64,000 nt of DNA from an uncultured delta proteobacterium (lineage in GTDB: Bacteria > Desulfobacterota > Binatia > Binatales > Binataceae). Below are positions 40,629-50,561 of the stretch, one piece after another. Numbering within the stretch: the first letter of the stretch is position 1; the number at the start of each line of letters is the position of its first letter. The stretch is taken from NCBI GenBank assembly GCA_963842085.1, contig CAWJET010000001.1, forward strand, positions 1,632,001-1,696,000. Direction: 5' to 3'. The translations under genes and the position numbers were made by a program. A model generated the notes under the pieces. That model was not told the DNA's origin, searched no databases, and saw nothing but the letters and a program-made list of their open reading frames with translations.

Positions 40629-40684
40629 TGTGAAACCCATCGTGGGTTTCACACTTCCCTGGGCAGGGGTGCCCCCTGCACCCA
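40629..40684. repeat. Perfect 11-bp palindrome plus a GGGTGCAGGGG-type repeat (related copy at 56602-56623)
   Basis: TGTGAAACCCA-TCG-TGGGTTTCACA; reverse complement GGGTGCAGGGGGCACCCCTGC versus GGGTGCAGGGGTCACCCTGC. Confidence 0.65.
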
Positions 40685-40789
40685 GCACTAAGAGAAGATG
40701 CGGGACTTCGTCCCTGTCAGAGCGAGTTAGTGAGAGGGTGGCGAGGGTGAGTGCCCGCTTTCAAGGGAGAAGTAATTTCAGCCGAAGTT

Positions 40790-41908
40790 TCACGGGGCGG
40801 GCTCGGGCTCGGTGACGGCGACACCTGCACTGCGCGGTGCGATCTCGGAGAGCTGCGGGATGATTCGACTGCCGTCGCCGGCGTCGCGGCACGCCTCCGC
40901 AGCTGACGGCGTCGCAGCGGCTGGAATAGCGCGATTCTTTGCGACGACTGCGGCGCGGCGCTCATCGAGCAGGTCTTCTTCGAGGAGTTCGGGCGGTACC
41001 TGGCGGAGGTCCCAGATTATCCCGCACGCCTCGAGCAGCTTGAGTGCGTAGTATGTGATGTCGATTTCCCACCAGAAAAAACCGTTGCGGGCGGCTGCCG
41101 GGTAATGGTGGTGGTTGTTGTGCCATCCTTCGCCCAGCGTGACCATCGCGAGCGTGAAACTGTTGCGGCTGTCGTCGTTAGTCTCGTAGCGGCGCCGCCC
41201 GAACACATGCGCGAGCGAATTGATCGTAAAGGTGCCGTGCGCGAGCGCCACCGTCGAAATGAAAAATCCCCAGATGAGCATTTGTGCGCCGGTCGTGTGC
41301 AGGCCCGGCGCGTGGCGTTGGAGGAACGCACCAAGACCAAACAGTGCGAAGCCGAGAATGGTCGGGACCAGCACATCGAAGCGATCGAGAAACATCAGCT
41401 CGGGAAATTTGGCGAGGTCGCGCACGACGCGCAGCTCGGAGCGGAAGTTCGCCTCCGACGTGATCCATCCGATGTGGCTCCAGATGAAACCATGCTGGCG
41501 CGGCGAATGAACGTCGGCCGGCTCGTCAGAGCGCTGATGGTGCAATCGATGATGCGACGCCCACCACAGCGCACCGCGCTGCACGGCGGTCGCGCCAATA
41601 GCGGCGAAGATGAACTGGCCGGCGCGCGAAGTCTTGAACGAGCGATGCGAAAAATAGCGATGATAAAAACCGGTGATCGCGAACATCCGGATGAAATACA
41701 GCGCGACGGCGACGCCGGCCGCGACGGGGCTCCATCCGACCCAGATGACGCCGAGGCACATCAGGTGGACAACCACGTACGGGATGCATCGGAACCAATC
41801 GGTCTTCTGCGGCAGGTCGGCAGCGGGAGCGCCGCCGGCCGATGTGTCGAACCATCGCGCGACGGCGATCAAAAATCTTCGGGACTTACCCTCTGTCCAT
41901 GACGTCAT
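40790..41908 (-). CDS. Acyl-CoA (delta-9-type) desaturase
   Basis: His boxes YHRYFSH, HRLHH and WHNNHH. Confidence 0.93.
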   Translation of the reverse strand: MTSWTEGKSRRFLIAVARWFDTSAGGAPAADLPQKTDWFRCIPYVVVHLMCLGVIWVGWSPVAAGVAVALYFIRMFAITGFYHRYFSHRSFKTSRAGQFIFAAIGATAVQRGALWWASHHRLHHQRSDEPADVHSPRQHGFIWSHIGWITSEANFRSELRVVRDLAKFPELMFLDRFDVLVPTILGFALFGLGAFLQRHAPGLHTTGAQMLIWGFFISTVALAHGTFTINSLAHVFGRRRYETNDDSRNSFTLAMVTLGEGWHNNHHHYPAAARNGFFWWEIDITYYALKLLEACGIIWDLRQVPPELLEEDLLDERRAAVVAKNRAIPAAATPSAAEACRDAGDGSRIIPQLSEIAPRSAGVAVTEPEPAP

Positions 41909-41993
41909 CCTGTCTCCCCGTTCCGTAGCGGAATTCCTAACCGCCCGGTGCCCGCTGATAATGCCCAGATTTGCGTATCTAAGTGAACAGGCG

Positions 41994-42866
41994 TCATTTG
42001 ACAACTGTAAGCTTCTCGATGTCGTCGAACCGCGTGTAATCGACGCTTCTGCTGCCGTCGGGATGGAGCACGAGCACATCGGCGAAGCGGGCGCCCCATA
42101 TGATCTCATGGAGCTCGAAGGTATGCCGCGCGTGGATGGTCTGCGAGAAGCTCTCGTCGAGGCCGGTGATCGACACGATGATTTCGGGCGCGGAACTGGC
42201 GAGCGATTCGCGCGTCTCGCCGAACAGCGGACTGCTCTCGACGATGCGATGGACCGCGGTCCACGACAATACGAACATCGCGCTGCGGTCGCGGGTGGTG
42301 GGAAGATCGTAGAAGCGGCGAATCGATTCACCCTCGGCAGTAATTTCCTGGCGGGCGAATACGACGTGGATATTCGCCTCGACGATTCGGTTCGCGCGCA
42401 TGTTAGCCATCCGGATCATCAGGCTGTTCACGCCGTCGCGCGGTCCGACAACCACATAGCGGCTGAACCTGACGCGCGCGGTGGGGCGCGAGAACTTTGA
42501 GAAAACCAGGCCGGTCATCAGCGCCAGCGCGAGCAACCCGGTGAGCGCCTCGATCGAAACCAAGATGTTCGAGAACAGTGTGACCGGCACCATCTGGCCG
42601 TAACCGATCGTCGCCATGGTCTGGACGCTGAAAAAAAACATGTCGGCGAACGAGCCGGAATGAGTGTTCTCGATACCCTGGTCGAGGTAGTAGCCGACCG
42701 CGAACAGCAGGTTGGCGACGGTGAACGCAATCGCGATCAAGGCGATGAGCAGCGGCCATGAAGCCGTCACCAGGTGATGGTAGAGGTCGTCGAGCGCGCG
42801 GGTCGGTGCGCCGCGAATCGGGCGGTCGCCCTTGATGCTGCCGGGTTGAGTTGGTCGCTTCGCCAT
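41994..42866 (-). CDS. KirBac inward-rectifier potassium channel
   Basis: FFFSVQTMATIGYG filter, KFSRPTAR, LSWTAVH, GLDE. Confidence 0.95.
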   Translation of the reverse strand: MAKRPTQPGSIKGDRPIRGAPTRALDDLYHHLVTASWPLLIALIAIAFTVANLLFAVGYYLDQGIENTHSGSFADMFFFSVQTMATIGYGQMVPVTLFSNILVSIEALTGLLALALMTGLVFSKFSRPTARVRFSRYVVVGPRDGVNSLMIRMANMRANRIVEANIHVVFARQEITAEGESIRRFYDLPTTRDRSAMFVLSWTAVHRIVESSPLFGETRESLASSAPEIIVSITGLDESFSQTIHARHTFELHEIIWGARFADVLVLHPDGSRSVDYTRFDDIEKLTVVK

Positions 42867-42928
42867 CGCGGAGGAATACTAGCGGAGGGCGCTGCGCGCA
42901 GTCAGCAGGGGGATCGGGGCGAGTTGAG

Positions 42929-43873
42929 CTACCGCGCGAAGGCTGCTTTCAGGGCGTCTGCCGCCTGGCGCTGGCCTTCTTTGCCTTTGTCGAGGCCGTC
43001 GGCGAAGCTGACGAAGCCGTGGGTGACGCCTTCATAGCGGGTGCAGGTGGTTTTGACGCCGGCCGCGATCAGGCGCTCGGCGAATCGCTCGCCCTCGTCG
43101 CGCAGCGGGTCGTGACTGGCAGTCAGCACCAGCGCGGGAGGCAGGCTGGTCAAGTCTTTCGCGCGCAGCGGGCAGGCGTAGGGATTATTTTTTTCGGCGC
43201 CGGGGTCGGTGTAATTTTTCCAGAACCATTCCATATCGAGGCGCGACAGCACGTAGCCGTCGGCGGCGAATTCCTTCTGCGAAGGTGTGTCGAGCGCGCA
43301 ATCGGTGACAGGATAAAGCAGCAACTGGAAGTTGATCGCCGGAGCGCCGCGATCGCGCGCCATCATCGAGACCACCGCGGCCAGGTTTCCGCCCGCGCTG
43401 TCGCCGCCGACCGCCAGCCGTGACGAGTCCGCGCCGAGCGCAGCCGCGTTTTCGGCCACCCATTTCGTCGCGGCGTAGCAATCCTCGGCGCCGGCCGGAA
43501 AAACGTGCTCCGGCGCGAGGCGGTAGTCGACCGACACGACCACGCATCCGGCGCCGTTGGCGAGCGCGCGGCATACGCGGTCGTGACTCTCGAGATCGCC
43601 GAGCACCCATCCGCCGCCGTGGAAATACACCAGCACGCCCATCGGCGAATTTCCCTCGGGTGTATAAACGCGTGCCGCGATGTTGCCGGCGGCGCCGGGA
43701 ATGTGGCGATCCTCGACGCAATAGATGGGCGGCGGCGGAATCGGATTCGCCTCGAGTAGCGCGCGCATCTTGGCTCGCGCCTGCTCGGCAGTCTCCGCGC
43801 GCAGGAACAACGGACCGGCCGCGTTGAACGTGTCGAGCAGCAGCTTCATCTGGGGATCGAGAGCGCTTGTCAT
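42929..43873 (-). CDS. Alpha/beta hydrolase (HSL/Aes-type esterase)
   Basis: HGGG, YRLAPEH, GDSAG, DPLRDEG, HGF. Confidence 0.95.
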   Translation of the reverse strand: MTSALDPQMKLLLDTFNAAGPLFLRAETAEQARAKMRALLEANPIPPPPIYCVEDRHIPGAAGNIAARVYTPEGNSPMGVLVYFHGGGWVLGDLESHDRVCRALANGAGCVVVSVDYRLAPEHVFPAGAEDCYAATKWVAENAAALGADSSRLAVGGDSAGGNLAAVVSMMARDRGAPAINFQLLLYPVTDCALDTPSQKEFAADGYVLSRLDMEWFWKNYTDPGAEKNNPYACPLRAKDLTSLPPALVLTASHDPLRDEGERFAERLIAAGVKTTCTRYEGVTHGFVSFADGLDKGKEGQRQAADALKAAFAR

Positions 43874-43970
43874 GCGAGATACTTAGGTTAGGCGGCACCG
43901 AGAGGCAAGCGCCGGAGTGTGCAGAGCGCTCTGCGAAACCATGAAAGTTCGCGCGCCAATGTGCGCGCGG

Positions 43971-44714
43971 CTAATTCTCGAAGCGGTGGAAGTCGGCGCG
44001 CCAGTGCGCGCGGAACCAGGGCTCGCCGTCGCGCGTGCCGAACACATCGGCGCTGACCACCATGTCGGCGCCGGCGATGCGGCAGTCGAGGTTGGTGGTT
44101 TCGTCAACCGCAAACGTCGGTGAGAAGGCATCGGCGCGGGTTCTGTACTCGTCGAAGTGTAAGCGCGAGCGCATCGTGGCGTAGGCGCGGCCGTCGGTCG
44201 CGATGGGCACCACGCTGCCGTGAGGATTGATAATTTTCTCACTCGGCGCGACGCCAATTTCGGTAAACGTGAGCATGAAGGGCTGACTGCCGACCTGTTT
44301 GTAGCAGAGCTGGTAGGTCTTCGGCGTCCAGAAGCCGATCTTGTGCGCGCCCGGTTCGCGCTGGATCCAATCGAGTTGATTGACCTGTCCATCCCAGCAT
44401 CCGCGGAAAACGGCCGGCAGGGCAGGAGCCGCCTGCGCCGTCATCGGTGCGGCGTTCACGGGCGGCGGCGGTGGCGGAACGGGTTGCGGCTGCGCAGGCG
44501 CGGGCCTCGATAATTGCGGCAGCAGTTGAATCGTATCGCCATTGTCGGGCTCATACGGCGCTGATGGCGGCGGTGCCTGGCGCGGCGGAACATACGGCTG
44601 ATACTGGTTCGCAGGTCCGGGGACCTCGAGGGTTGTCTGCGCGCGCGCGGATCGATTGGCAATCGAAGTCAGGACGCAGGCGAGAGCGCACACAATGAAA
44701 AAACGGATTCGCAT
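43971..44714 (-). CDS. Exported hypothetical protein with a Pro-rich linker
   Basis: Signal peptide, PPPPPP linker, Cys-containing C-terminal domain. Confidence 0.75.
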   Translation of the reverse strand: MRIRFFIVCALACVLTSIANRSARAQTTLEVPGPANQYQPYVPPRQAPPPSAPYEPDNGDTIQLLPQLSRPAPAQPQPVPPPPPPVNAAPMTAQAAPALPAVFRGCWDGQVNQLDWIQREPGAHKIGFWTPKTYQLCYKQVGSQPFMLTFTEIGVAPSEKIINPHGSVVPIATDGRAYATMRSRLHFDEYRTRADAFSPTFAVDETTNLDCRIAGADMVVSADVFGTRDGEPWFRAHWRADFHRFEN

Positions 44715-44857
44715 GGAGCAACTCGTCCCCACTTCATTATATACGAATTATTTCGAGTGCCGTTGCTTTTGGCGACCGCGCCATAGATTGACCCCCAAAC
44801 GACGGCTACCATCGAAAAAAGTTCGCAGCGCTTTCACGTAAGAAGTTGCCGAGGAAG

Positions 44858-45565
44858 ATGAGCGATCAAAATGTAAATTTTGAAGCGGCGTGGGCGGTCA
44901 GCCAGGCGCCTGCCACCGGGCGGCGCGCCCAGGCGCATCGATTAGCCAACGCGATGCGGCGCGTGATCGACCATTTGGTGCAGGTCGCCGCGCCTGAAGA
45001 AGACTTGTCGGCGGCCGCCGACGCGCTGGAGCGCTACGCCAGGCGCTTGTCGAAGTATCCTGTTTCGCGCAGCTACGAGGGGTTTGCCGAGAGCGCCAAC
45101 GCCGGCGATCCGCACGCGTTTTTCGATCACAGCCCGCTGATCGGAATCGCAAATCCGCTCGCGCCGCCGATTCGACTGGCCGTGCTCGGCGACAAGGTCG
45201 AGGGGCGCGGAACGTTCGGCGTCGCGTATGAAGGACCGCCGGGTCATGTGCACGGCGGATTTCTCGCGGCGGCGTTCGACGAGGTGCTGGGGATGGCGCA
45301 GTCGCTGACCGGCAATCCCGGCATGACGGGGACGCTCACGATTCGCTACCGGCGGCCGACGCCGCTGCTGACCGAGCTGGTCTTCGAGGCGCGTGTAGAT
45401 CGCGTCGACGGACGGAAGATCTTCACGCACGGGACTTTGTCGGCGAACGGCGTGCTGACCGCGGAAGCCGAGGGATTGTTCATCGCAGTCGGTCAGGAGC
45501 GCTTCGCCGCGATGGCCGCGATGGTGTCGGAGAAATCCGCAGAGAAGAGATCGCACAAGAAGTAA
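44858..45565 (+). CDS. PaaI-family (hotdog) thioesterase
   Basis: YEGPPGHVHGG...FDEVLG...TGTLTIRYRRPTPL. Confidence 0.92.
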   Translation: MSDQNVNFEAAWAVSQAPATGRRAQAHRLANAMRRVIDHLVQVAAPEEDLSAAADALERYARRLSKYPVSRSYEGFAESANAGDPHAFFDHSPLIGIANPLAPPIRLAVLGDKVEGRGTFGVAYEGPPGHVHGGFLAAAFDEVLGMAQSLTGNPGMTGTLTIRYRRPTPLLTELVFEARVDRVDGRKIFTHGTLSANGVLTAEAEGLFIAVGQERFAAMAAMVSEKSAEKRSHKK

Positions 45566-45580
45566 GCTTGCTTTCCACAA

Positions 45581-45620
45581 ACCTAACGCCTTACCCCTTC
45601 CCGCAGTGGGAAGGGGGACC
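45581..45620 (+). repeat. CCTAAC...CCCCTTCCC-GGGAAGGGG REP-like element
   Basis: CCTAACGCCTTACCCCTTCCCGCAGTGGGAAGGGGGAC; related copy at 62820-63107. Confidence 0.7.
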
Positions 45621-45632
45621 AATCGCATCGAG

Positions 45633-47270
45633 TTAGTCGGGGCGGACCAGGCCCGACAGGCCGGCGAACAGTAGTGGCGTGATTGTCCATCCGGCGAGGA
45701 TGTGCACCCACAGGTAGCATCGCAGCAGGCGGCTTGGGACCGAGCTTGGATCGCGCATCTCGCCGCTGCGCGTCGTTCTGCCCGCCACTCGATGGCGCGG
45801 ATTGGGGCGCCAGTATTTGTCCTGGTGCAACTCCACCACCGGCAGGAAGTTTTCCAGCGAGTAAACCAGCGGATTGAAGACCGGATAGTGCGGCGGTGCT
45901 TCTCCACTGGCGACGAACTCGCGGTAGGCGGGTTCCTCGGTGGGGGTGATGATGCGCATCCGATAACCCCATCCGAAGAGAATCGTGCCGAGACCGACGA
46001 AGCCCGCAATCCACCAGAGCGCTCGCAGCGGCTGGTAGCCGAAGCCGATCGTGTATTGCAGCATCAGGCTCCACGCGCGCTGCGGGAGGCTCTCATGGCC
46101 GAAGCGGCGCTGCGCGATTTCCTTGGCGATGCGCACGCGGGTCGCGCCGTCGTCGCGTCCCATCTCGTTCAAGGCCTTTGCCAATTGGCGAAACGGCTGC
46201 GGATGGTATTCCGGCGGCTGCAACGCGAGCCATCGCAGGCGCGACGGGCCGTCGCTGGGACCGCCGGCGATGTCGCCGTAGACGAAGCCGTTGATGACGA
46301 GGTTGCCGGGGGCAGGCCAGCTCGCCTCGTCGTCCCAGATTGCGCCGGCGTGCGCGTCCTCGAGGTCGAGCACGGTCTTCGCCGTATGCTTTATGTCGAC
46401 CCAGTAGAAGGTGCCGTCGATGGTCGCGCGCTCGGCGTCGAATTCGCCATCGCCCCTGAACTCCGCGCCGTGGAAGCTGAGATCGTGCGCGATCTTCGCC
46501 AGCCGCGCGTACACGATGCTGTCGGTCGTGAAACCGTCATGAAACAGCACGTCGCCGGCGACGTTCGCCTCGACCAGGTTGACCGCGTCCTCGTCCGCGT
46601 TGAGGATTCGCGCGCCGGTCAAGTCGAGAGTTCCGTCGATTCGTGCGCGCATGAAACTCACAGGGCCGTAGTCGCCGTTCAGGAACGACGCGTCGCCGTG
46701 GATGTTCGCGAGGTTGCCAAACACCGGGCCGGTGCGAGAACGACGCACGGTTATCTCCTGCAAGTGGGCGGAGAGCAGGTTGATTCCGTCGGGGACGTAG
46801 CAACGGATCAGGGTCAGCGGCTTGCTGACGGTGGCGTAGGAGAGATCCAGGCTTCCGGCGATGCGCGCGCCGGCCAGCGCGACCCCGCTCGGATCGATGA
46901 ATTGGGACGGCCGCGGGTCGCTGACCAGCCATTCGACGAATTCCGCGCGCACGGTGCGCTCGGCGCCCCAATTCTCGCCCTGCGCGGTGTCGTTGGCGGC
47001 GTTGTCCGGGTCGTCGCTGGGGCCGAACCACGGCACTGCACGCAATGGCGCGGCGTGCAGGAGCTTTTGCTCAGCCGCGTTCAGCGAAACGCCGAACTTT
47101 TGCTGCGCCATCGCCTCGAGCGCGGCATCGGGAGTCGCAGAGGCGTTGAACGCCCCGGAATCAGGCTCGTTCGCTCGGGCCGCGAACGACGGCGATGCAG
47201 CGAAGGTCAGCGCAGCGATCGCGATCGCGGCGGCGACTTTTTTTCGCTCGATGAAAATTGCGGGGACCAA
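45633..47270 (-). CDS. Beta-solenoid repeat protein with a C-terminal membrane domain ('membrane-associated oxidoreductase'-like)
   Basis: Repeats GARIAGSLDLSYATV and RARIDGTLDLTGARI; PQPFRQLA; GFGYQPLRA; YSLENFLPVVEL; GW-TM. Confidence 0.8.
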   Translation of the reverse strand: MVPAIFIERKKVAAAIAIAALTFAASPSFAARANEPDSGAFNASATPDAALEAMAQQKFGVSLNAAEQKLLHAAPLRAVPWFGPSDDPDNAANDTAQGENWGAERTVRAEFVEWLVSDPRPSQFIDPSGVALAGARIAGSLDLSYATVSKPLTLIRCYVPDGINLLSAHLQEITVRRSRTGPVFGNLANIHGDASFLNGDYGPVSFMRARIDGTLDLTGARILNADEDAVNLVEANVAGDVLFHDGFTTDSIVYARLAKIAHDLSFHGAEFRGDGEFDAERATIDGTFYWVDIKHTAKTVLDLEDAHAGAIWDDEASWPAPGNLVINGFVYGDIAGGPSDGPSRLRWLALQPPEYHPQPFRQLAKALNEMGRDDGATRVRIAKEIAQRRFGHESLPQRAWSLMLQYTIGFGYQPLRALWWIAGFVGLGTILFGWGYRMRIITPTEEPAYREFVASGEAPPHYPVFNPLVYSLENFLPVVELHQDKYWRPNPRHRVAGRTTRSGEMRDPSSVPSRLLRCYLWVHILAGWTITPLLFAGLSGLVRPD

Positions 47271-47278
47271 CGCCCGAG

Positions 47279-48430
47279 CTAGATCGATTCGGCCCAGCGG
47301 CGCTCGAGCGCGGTTTCCGGCCGGTCTGCGATATGTTGGTTGAGTGCGGCCCGTGCCTCGTCCGTGCGCCCGGCTCTGATCAGCGACACCAAATGAGACT
47401 CGGCAAATACGCCGCGCTGCTCGTCACTTCCGCCAACGCAGGGCACATCGGCCAGGATTGGCTGCAGGAGCGCGCTCGCGCGATCGTAGTCGCCGGCCGC
47501 GAACGCGGCGCACCCCCGCGCGAGCGGCACCCCGACGTCGTTCCATACATGCGCCAGACCGCCGGTTTGCTTTTCGGCGTGCCGCTCCATGCCGGCGAGT
47601 GCGCCGGCCGCCTGTTTGGTCTCGCCGGCGCGGGTCAGCGCGTACAAGTAGATGCAGTTCAGGAAAGGGAAAAGATGGTCGTGCGCGTTGGCGCGAATAT
47701 GCGGCGCGATCGCGCGCCATTCGGCGTCGACTTTTCCGCCGGCCAGCTCGAGATACCATAGCAACAATATGGAATCTGTGTGTTCAACTACAGCTTCGGG
47801 TGAGTATCCCCAAATATACTTTCTATATGCATTGCGGGCGTCGTCGAACCTCAGTTCGCTCAAATACAGAGTAGCCAGATGGAACCAATTGTGCGCGACT
47901 GTGTAATGGCTGAACTTATTCCATGACGGCGCGTATTGCTCCATCGCGACAATTCCCTCGTGGCTCACGTCGGGACTTGCCGCAGCCGCCTTGCGCATCA
48001 ATTCGAGTTGCCGGCCTGCGAGGCCAGTCTCGAAAAAGTGGAACTCGGCCAGCTTGGCGGCGACTATATCGCGCGGCCAGCGGTCGGCAATTTGTTCGTA
48101 GAGAGCGAGCGCACGTTCGAAATCGCCGGCGCATCCGGCCTTCACCGCGTTGATGAATACCTGCTCGCGCTCGCTCAGATCGCCGAGCCGAGTCTCCGCG
48201 CGAGCGAGATAGGGCGCCGCCTGTTTGGCGCCTGCCGTAGTCTGGGAATAGAGAAAGGTCGACGCGCAGCACGCCTGAAGCACCGCACAGTCCGGATATG
48301 CGTCGACGGCGGCCTGCACCGCGGCAGTATCAGTGCCCAGCGCGAGCAGTTCGTGCGCGTAATGGTCGATCGCGTGGATGGCGCCTTCGGATTCGGTGCA
48401 GACTGCGAGACCCCGGCTGTCGAATCTCAT
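47279..48430 (-). CDS. TPR protein, TTC38-like
   Basis: WPRDIVA, HNWFHLA, VGGSDEQR (cf. GGSHAQR). May carry an internal deletion. Confidence 0.8.
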   Translation of the reverse strand: MRFDSRGLAVCTESEGAIHAIDHYAHELLALGTDTAAVQAAVDAYPDCAVLQACCASTFLYSQTTAGAKQAAPYLARAETRLGDLSEREQVFINAVKAGCAGDFERALALYEQIADRWPRDIVAAKLAEFHFFETGLAGRQLELMRKAAAASPDVSHEGIVAMEQYAPSWNKFSHYTVAHNWFHLATLYLSELRFDDARNAYRKYIWGYSPEAVVEHTDSILLLWYLELAGGKVDAEWRAIAPHIRANAHDHLFPFLNCIYLYALTRAGETKQAAGALAGMERHAEKQTGGLAHVWNDVGVPLARGCAAFAAGDYDRASALLQPILADVPCVGGSDEQRGVFAESHLVSLIRAGRTDEARAALNQHIADRPETALERRWAESI

Positions 48431-48583
48431 CGGGACACTCCCGGATGACCGTGCCATGCCAATTCGCGGAGTGTCAATCGCGCCGACGCGATGCATTGCG
48501 GATTTGCTTCGATCCCGGCGACGATGCTTAGAGTTTTCTGTCACACCCGACGTTGCGGCGCTCAATTCGCAGAGGAGTGATAA

Positions 48584-49027
48584 GTGGAAACTGCACAGGA
48601 GGAGAGATTGGCCGCGCTGCTGGCCGAGGTCCAGGTCGCAATTCTCGTAACGCAGGGCGAGCAGTGGCCGACGGCGACGATGCAGGCGTTCGCCGAGACG
48701 CCGGAGTTCGATCTGTTGTTCATCATGAACGATGCATCGGAGAAGTTTCAGAACCTGCGCAAGTATCCGTACGTCACGGTCTACCTGGACGCGCGCGAAA
48801 AGGGCAAAGTCGAGACGTTCGAGATCTCGCGCGTGCTGATCCAAGGCGTCGCCAGCGAAATCGAGCGCGACGGCGCCGAATGGGAACCGATGAAGGAAAT
48901 ATTCCTGAAGAAGAGCCCCTTCGAAGCGCCCTTCTTCAAGTACCCGACGCTGCGCATGATGCGCGTGCGGCCCAAGCGGTTGTCATACGCAGGCGCCGAC
49001 CGCGTCGCGTTCAAGGCGGAGTTCTGA
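48584..49027 (+). CDS. Pyridoxamine 5'-phosphate oxidase-like split-barrel protein
   Basis: AILVTQG..WP..T..., SEKFQNLRKYPYVTV, IQGVA; AGAGGAG RBS. Confidence 0.85.
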   Translation: METAQEERLAALLAEVQVAILVTQGEQWPTATMQAFAETPEFDLLFIMNDASEKFQNLRKYPYVTVYLDAREKGKVETFEISRVLIQGVASEIERDGAEWEPMKEIFLKKSPFEAPFFKYPTLRMMRVRPKRLSYAGADRVAFKAEF

Positions 49028-49083
49028 GAATTGCGGGCGCATATCGCGTGCTGTAAGAAGAGAGCTGCGCCAAGGATTTCCGG

Positions 49084-49974
49084 GTGACGACGCTCGCCGA
49101 CAAAGTCGCACCATACGCCGCCGCATTCCGGCGCGACGGCTTCGTCATGGTGCCCGATTTGCTCGACGCGGACGAACTCGAACGCTACGGCCGCGCAGTC
49201 GATGAAGCAGTGGCGCGGCGCAAGCGCTTCGACAATCGCAAGCTCGGCGAAAAGACGCCCTACGAACAGTCATTCATCCAATGCATCAATCTGTGGGAAG
49301 ACACGCCGGCGGTTCGGCCGCTCACGTTTCATCCGACGGTGTGCGAGACGGCGTCGCGCTTGCTCGGCGTCGAGAAGCTCCGGCTGTGGCATGACCAGGC
49401 GCTGTACAAGGAAGCAGGCGGGCGGCTGACCGACCCGCATCAGGATCAACCGTACTGGCCTATGGTGGAGAGCGACACGATCACGGCGTGGATTCCGTTC
49501 GACGGCTCGTCGCACGCGACCGGGTGCATGGGCTATGTGCCGGGCTCGCATGCGGTGGGGCTGCGGGTGTTCGTGAACATCTTCAAGCCCGAGGACGCGC
49601 TCGAAATTCTGAAGATGCCGGAGATCAAAGACACTCCGCCGGTTTGGGTCGAGGTGCCGCGCGGCGGAGTCGCGTTCCATCACGGATTGACGGTGCACAT
49701 GGCGAAACCGAACCTCGGGTCGCGGACGCGGCGCGTGCACACGATGATTTTTTTCCGCGACGGATCGACGCGCAAGAATAATTTTCCGCACGACTCGGTC
49801 GAGCGCTACCACATCAAGATCGGTGATCCGATCGACAGCCCCGTGACACCGATCGCATGGCCGCGAGCAGCGGGCGACCTGCCGGAGCCGCCGGACGCGC
49901 CGATCTCGGAGATCTTCGCGAAGGCCGTCGAGCTGGGCGCATTTCCGGACAAGGCCAATCGCGCCGATCGTTAG
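49084..49974 (+). CDS. Phytanoyl-CoA dioxygenase (PhyH) family protein
   Basis: FRRDGF, PHQDQPYW, ITAWIP, GCMGYVPGSH, FHHGLTVH...N..R. Confidence 0.92.
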   Translation: MTTLADKVAPYAAAFRRDGFVMVPDLLDADELERYGRAVDEAVARRKRFDNRKLGEKTPYEQSFIQCINLWEDTPAVRPLTFHPTVCETASRLLGVEKLRLWHDQALYKEAGGRLTDPHQDQPYWPMVESDTITAWIPFDGSSHATGCMGYVPGSHAVGLRVFVNIFKPEDALEILKMPEIKDTPPVWVEVPRGGVAFHHGLTVHMAKPNLGSRTRRVHTMIFFRDGSTRKNNFPHDSVERYHIKIGDPIDSPVTPIAWPRAAGDLPEPPDAPISEIFAKAVELGAFPDKANRADR

Positions 49975-49982
49975 AACTTTTT

Positions 49983-50414
49983 CTACTTGCAGTTCACGCT
50001 CTTGACTACATTGCCGCCGCTGCCGAAGCGAAGGTTGTGATCGTAAACAACGTCGCATCGCGTGACGCTCGCCGGCAATCGACGCGAGATCTGCGCCGTG
50101 GTGTTCGCATAGTTGCACTGTAGCCAGTAGCCGCGATCGCTTTTGGCTAATTGCCAGGTCTGGATGATGTTGTCGCCGATCGTCTTCTCATCGTCGGGCA
50201 CGAGCGACGCCTGCGCGGAGGGTGGACCATCGAAAATAGTGACGCCCGCGACTGCGGTCTGGTAGCCGGAGTAGGTGACAGCCCAGTCCGAAGCCGGCGC
50301 AGCCGCTTTCTGCTCGACTGTGAGCTCGGGAGGACAAGCCGACTCGGCGCGCGCGAGCTGCGGCGCCGCAATCGCGCACGCGAATGCAATCAGGCCAAGT
50401 GTGATTCGCTTCAT
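49983..50414 (-). CDS. Secreted Cys-containing protein, STY0301-like
   Basis: Signal peptide, ACP, VTIFDGPP..ASLVPD, YWLQCNYANT, C-terminal Cys. Confidence 0.75.
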   Translation of the reverse strand: MKRITLGLIAFACAIAAPQLARAESACPPELTVEQKAAAPASDWAVTYSGYQTAVAGVTIFDGPPSAQASLVPDDEKTIGDNIIQTWQLAKSDRGYWLQCNYANTTAQISRRLPASVTRCDVVYDHNLRFGSGGNVVKSVNCK

Positions 50415-50561
50415 CTGGAACCTCCCCGGGCGAGGCGGAAGTCTAGAATGCGGCGCGAGGAAAAACGAGTGCGGGGCGGAGTCGCGATAATGATTCGCGC
50501 TTCCGCCCCGCAGATGGGGTTAGGCGTCCGCGGCTTGGGCGCTGCAGGCACGGGCGAGCGT

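Noticed and set aside
45702-47282. 526-aa + strand ORF and similar long antisense ORFs (e.g. 51707-52768, 58038-59210, 60630-61622)
   Set aside because: Antisense shadows of well-supported genes in high-GC DNA.
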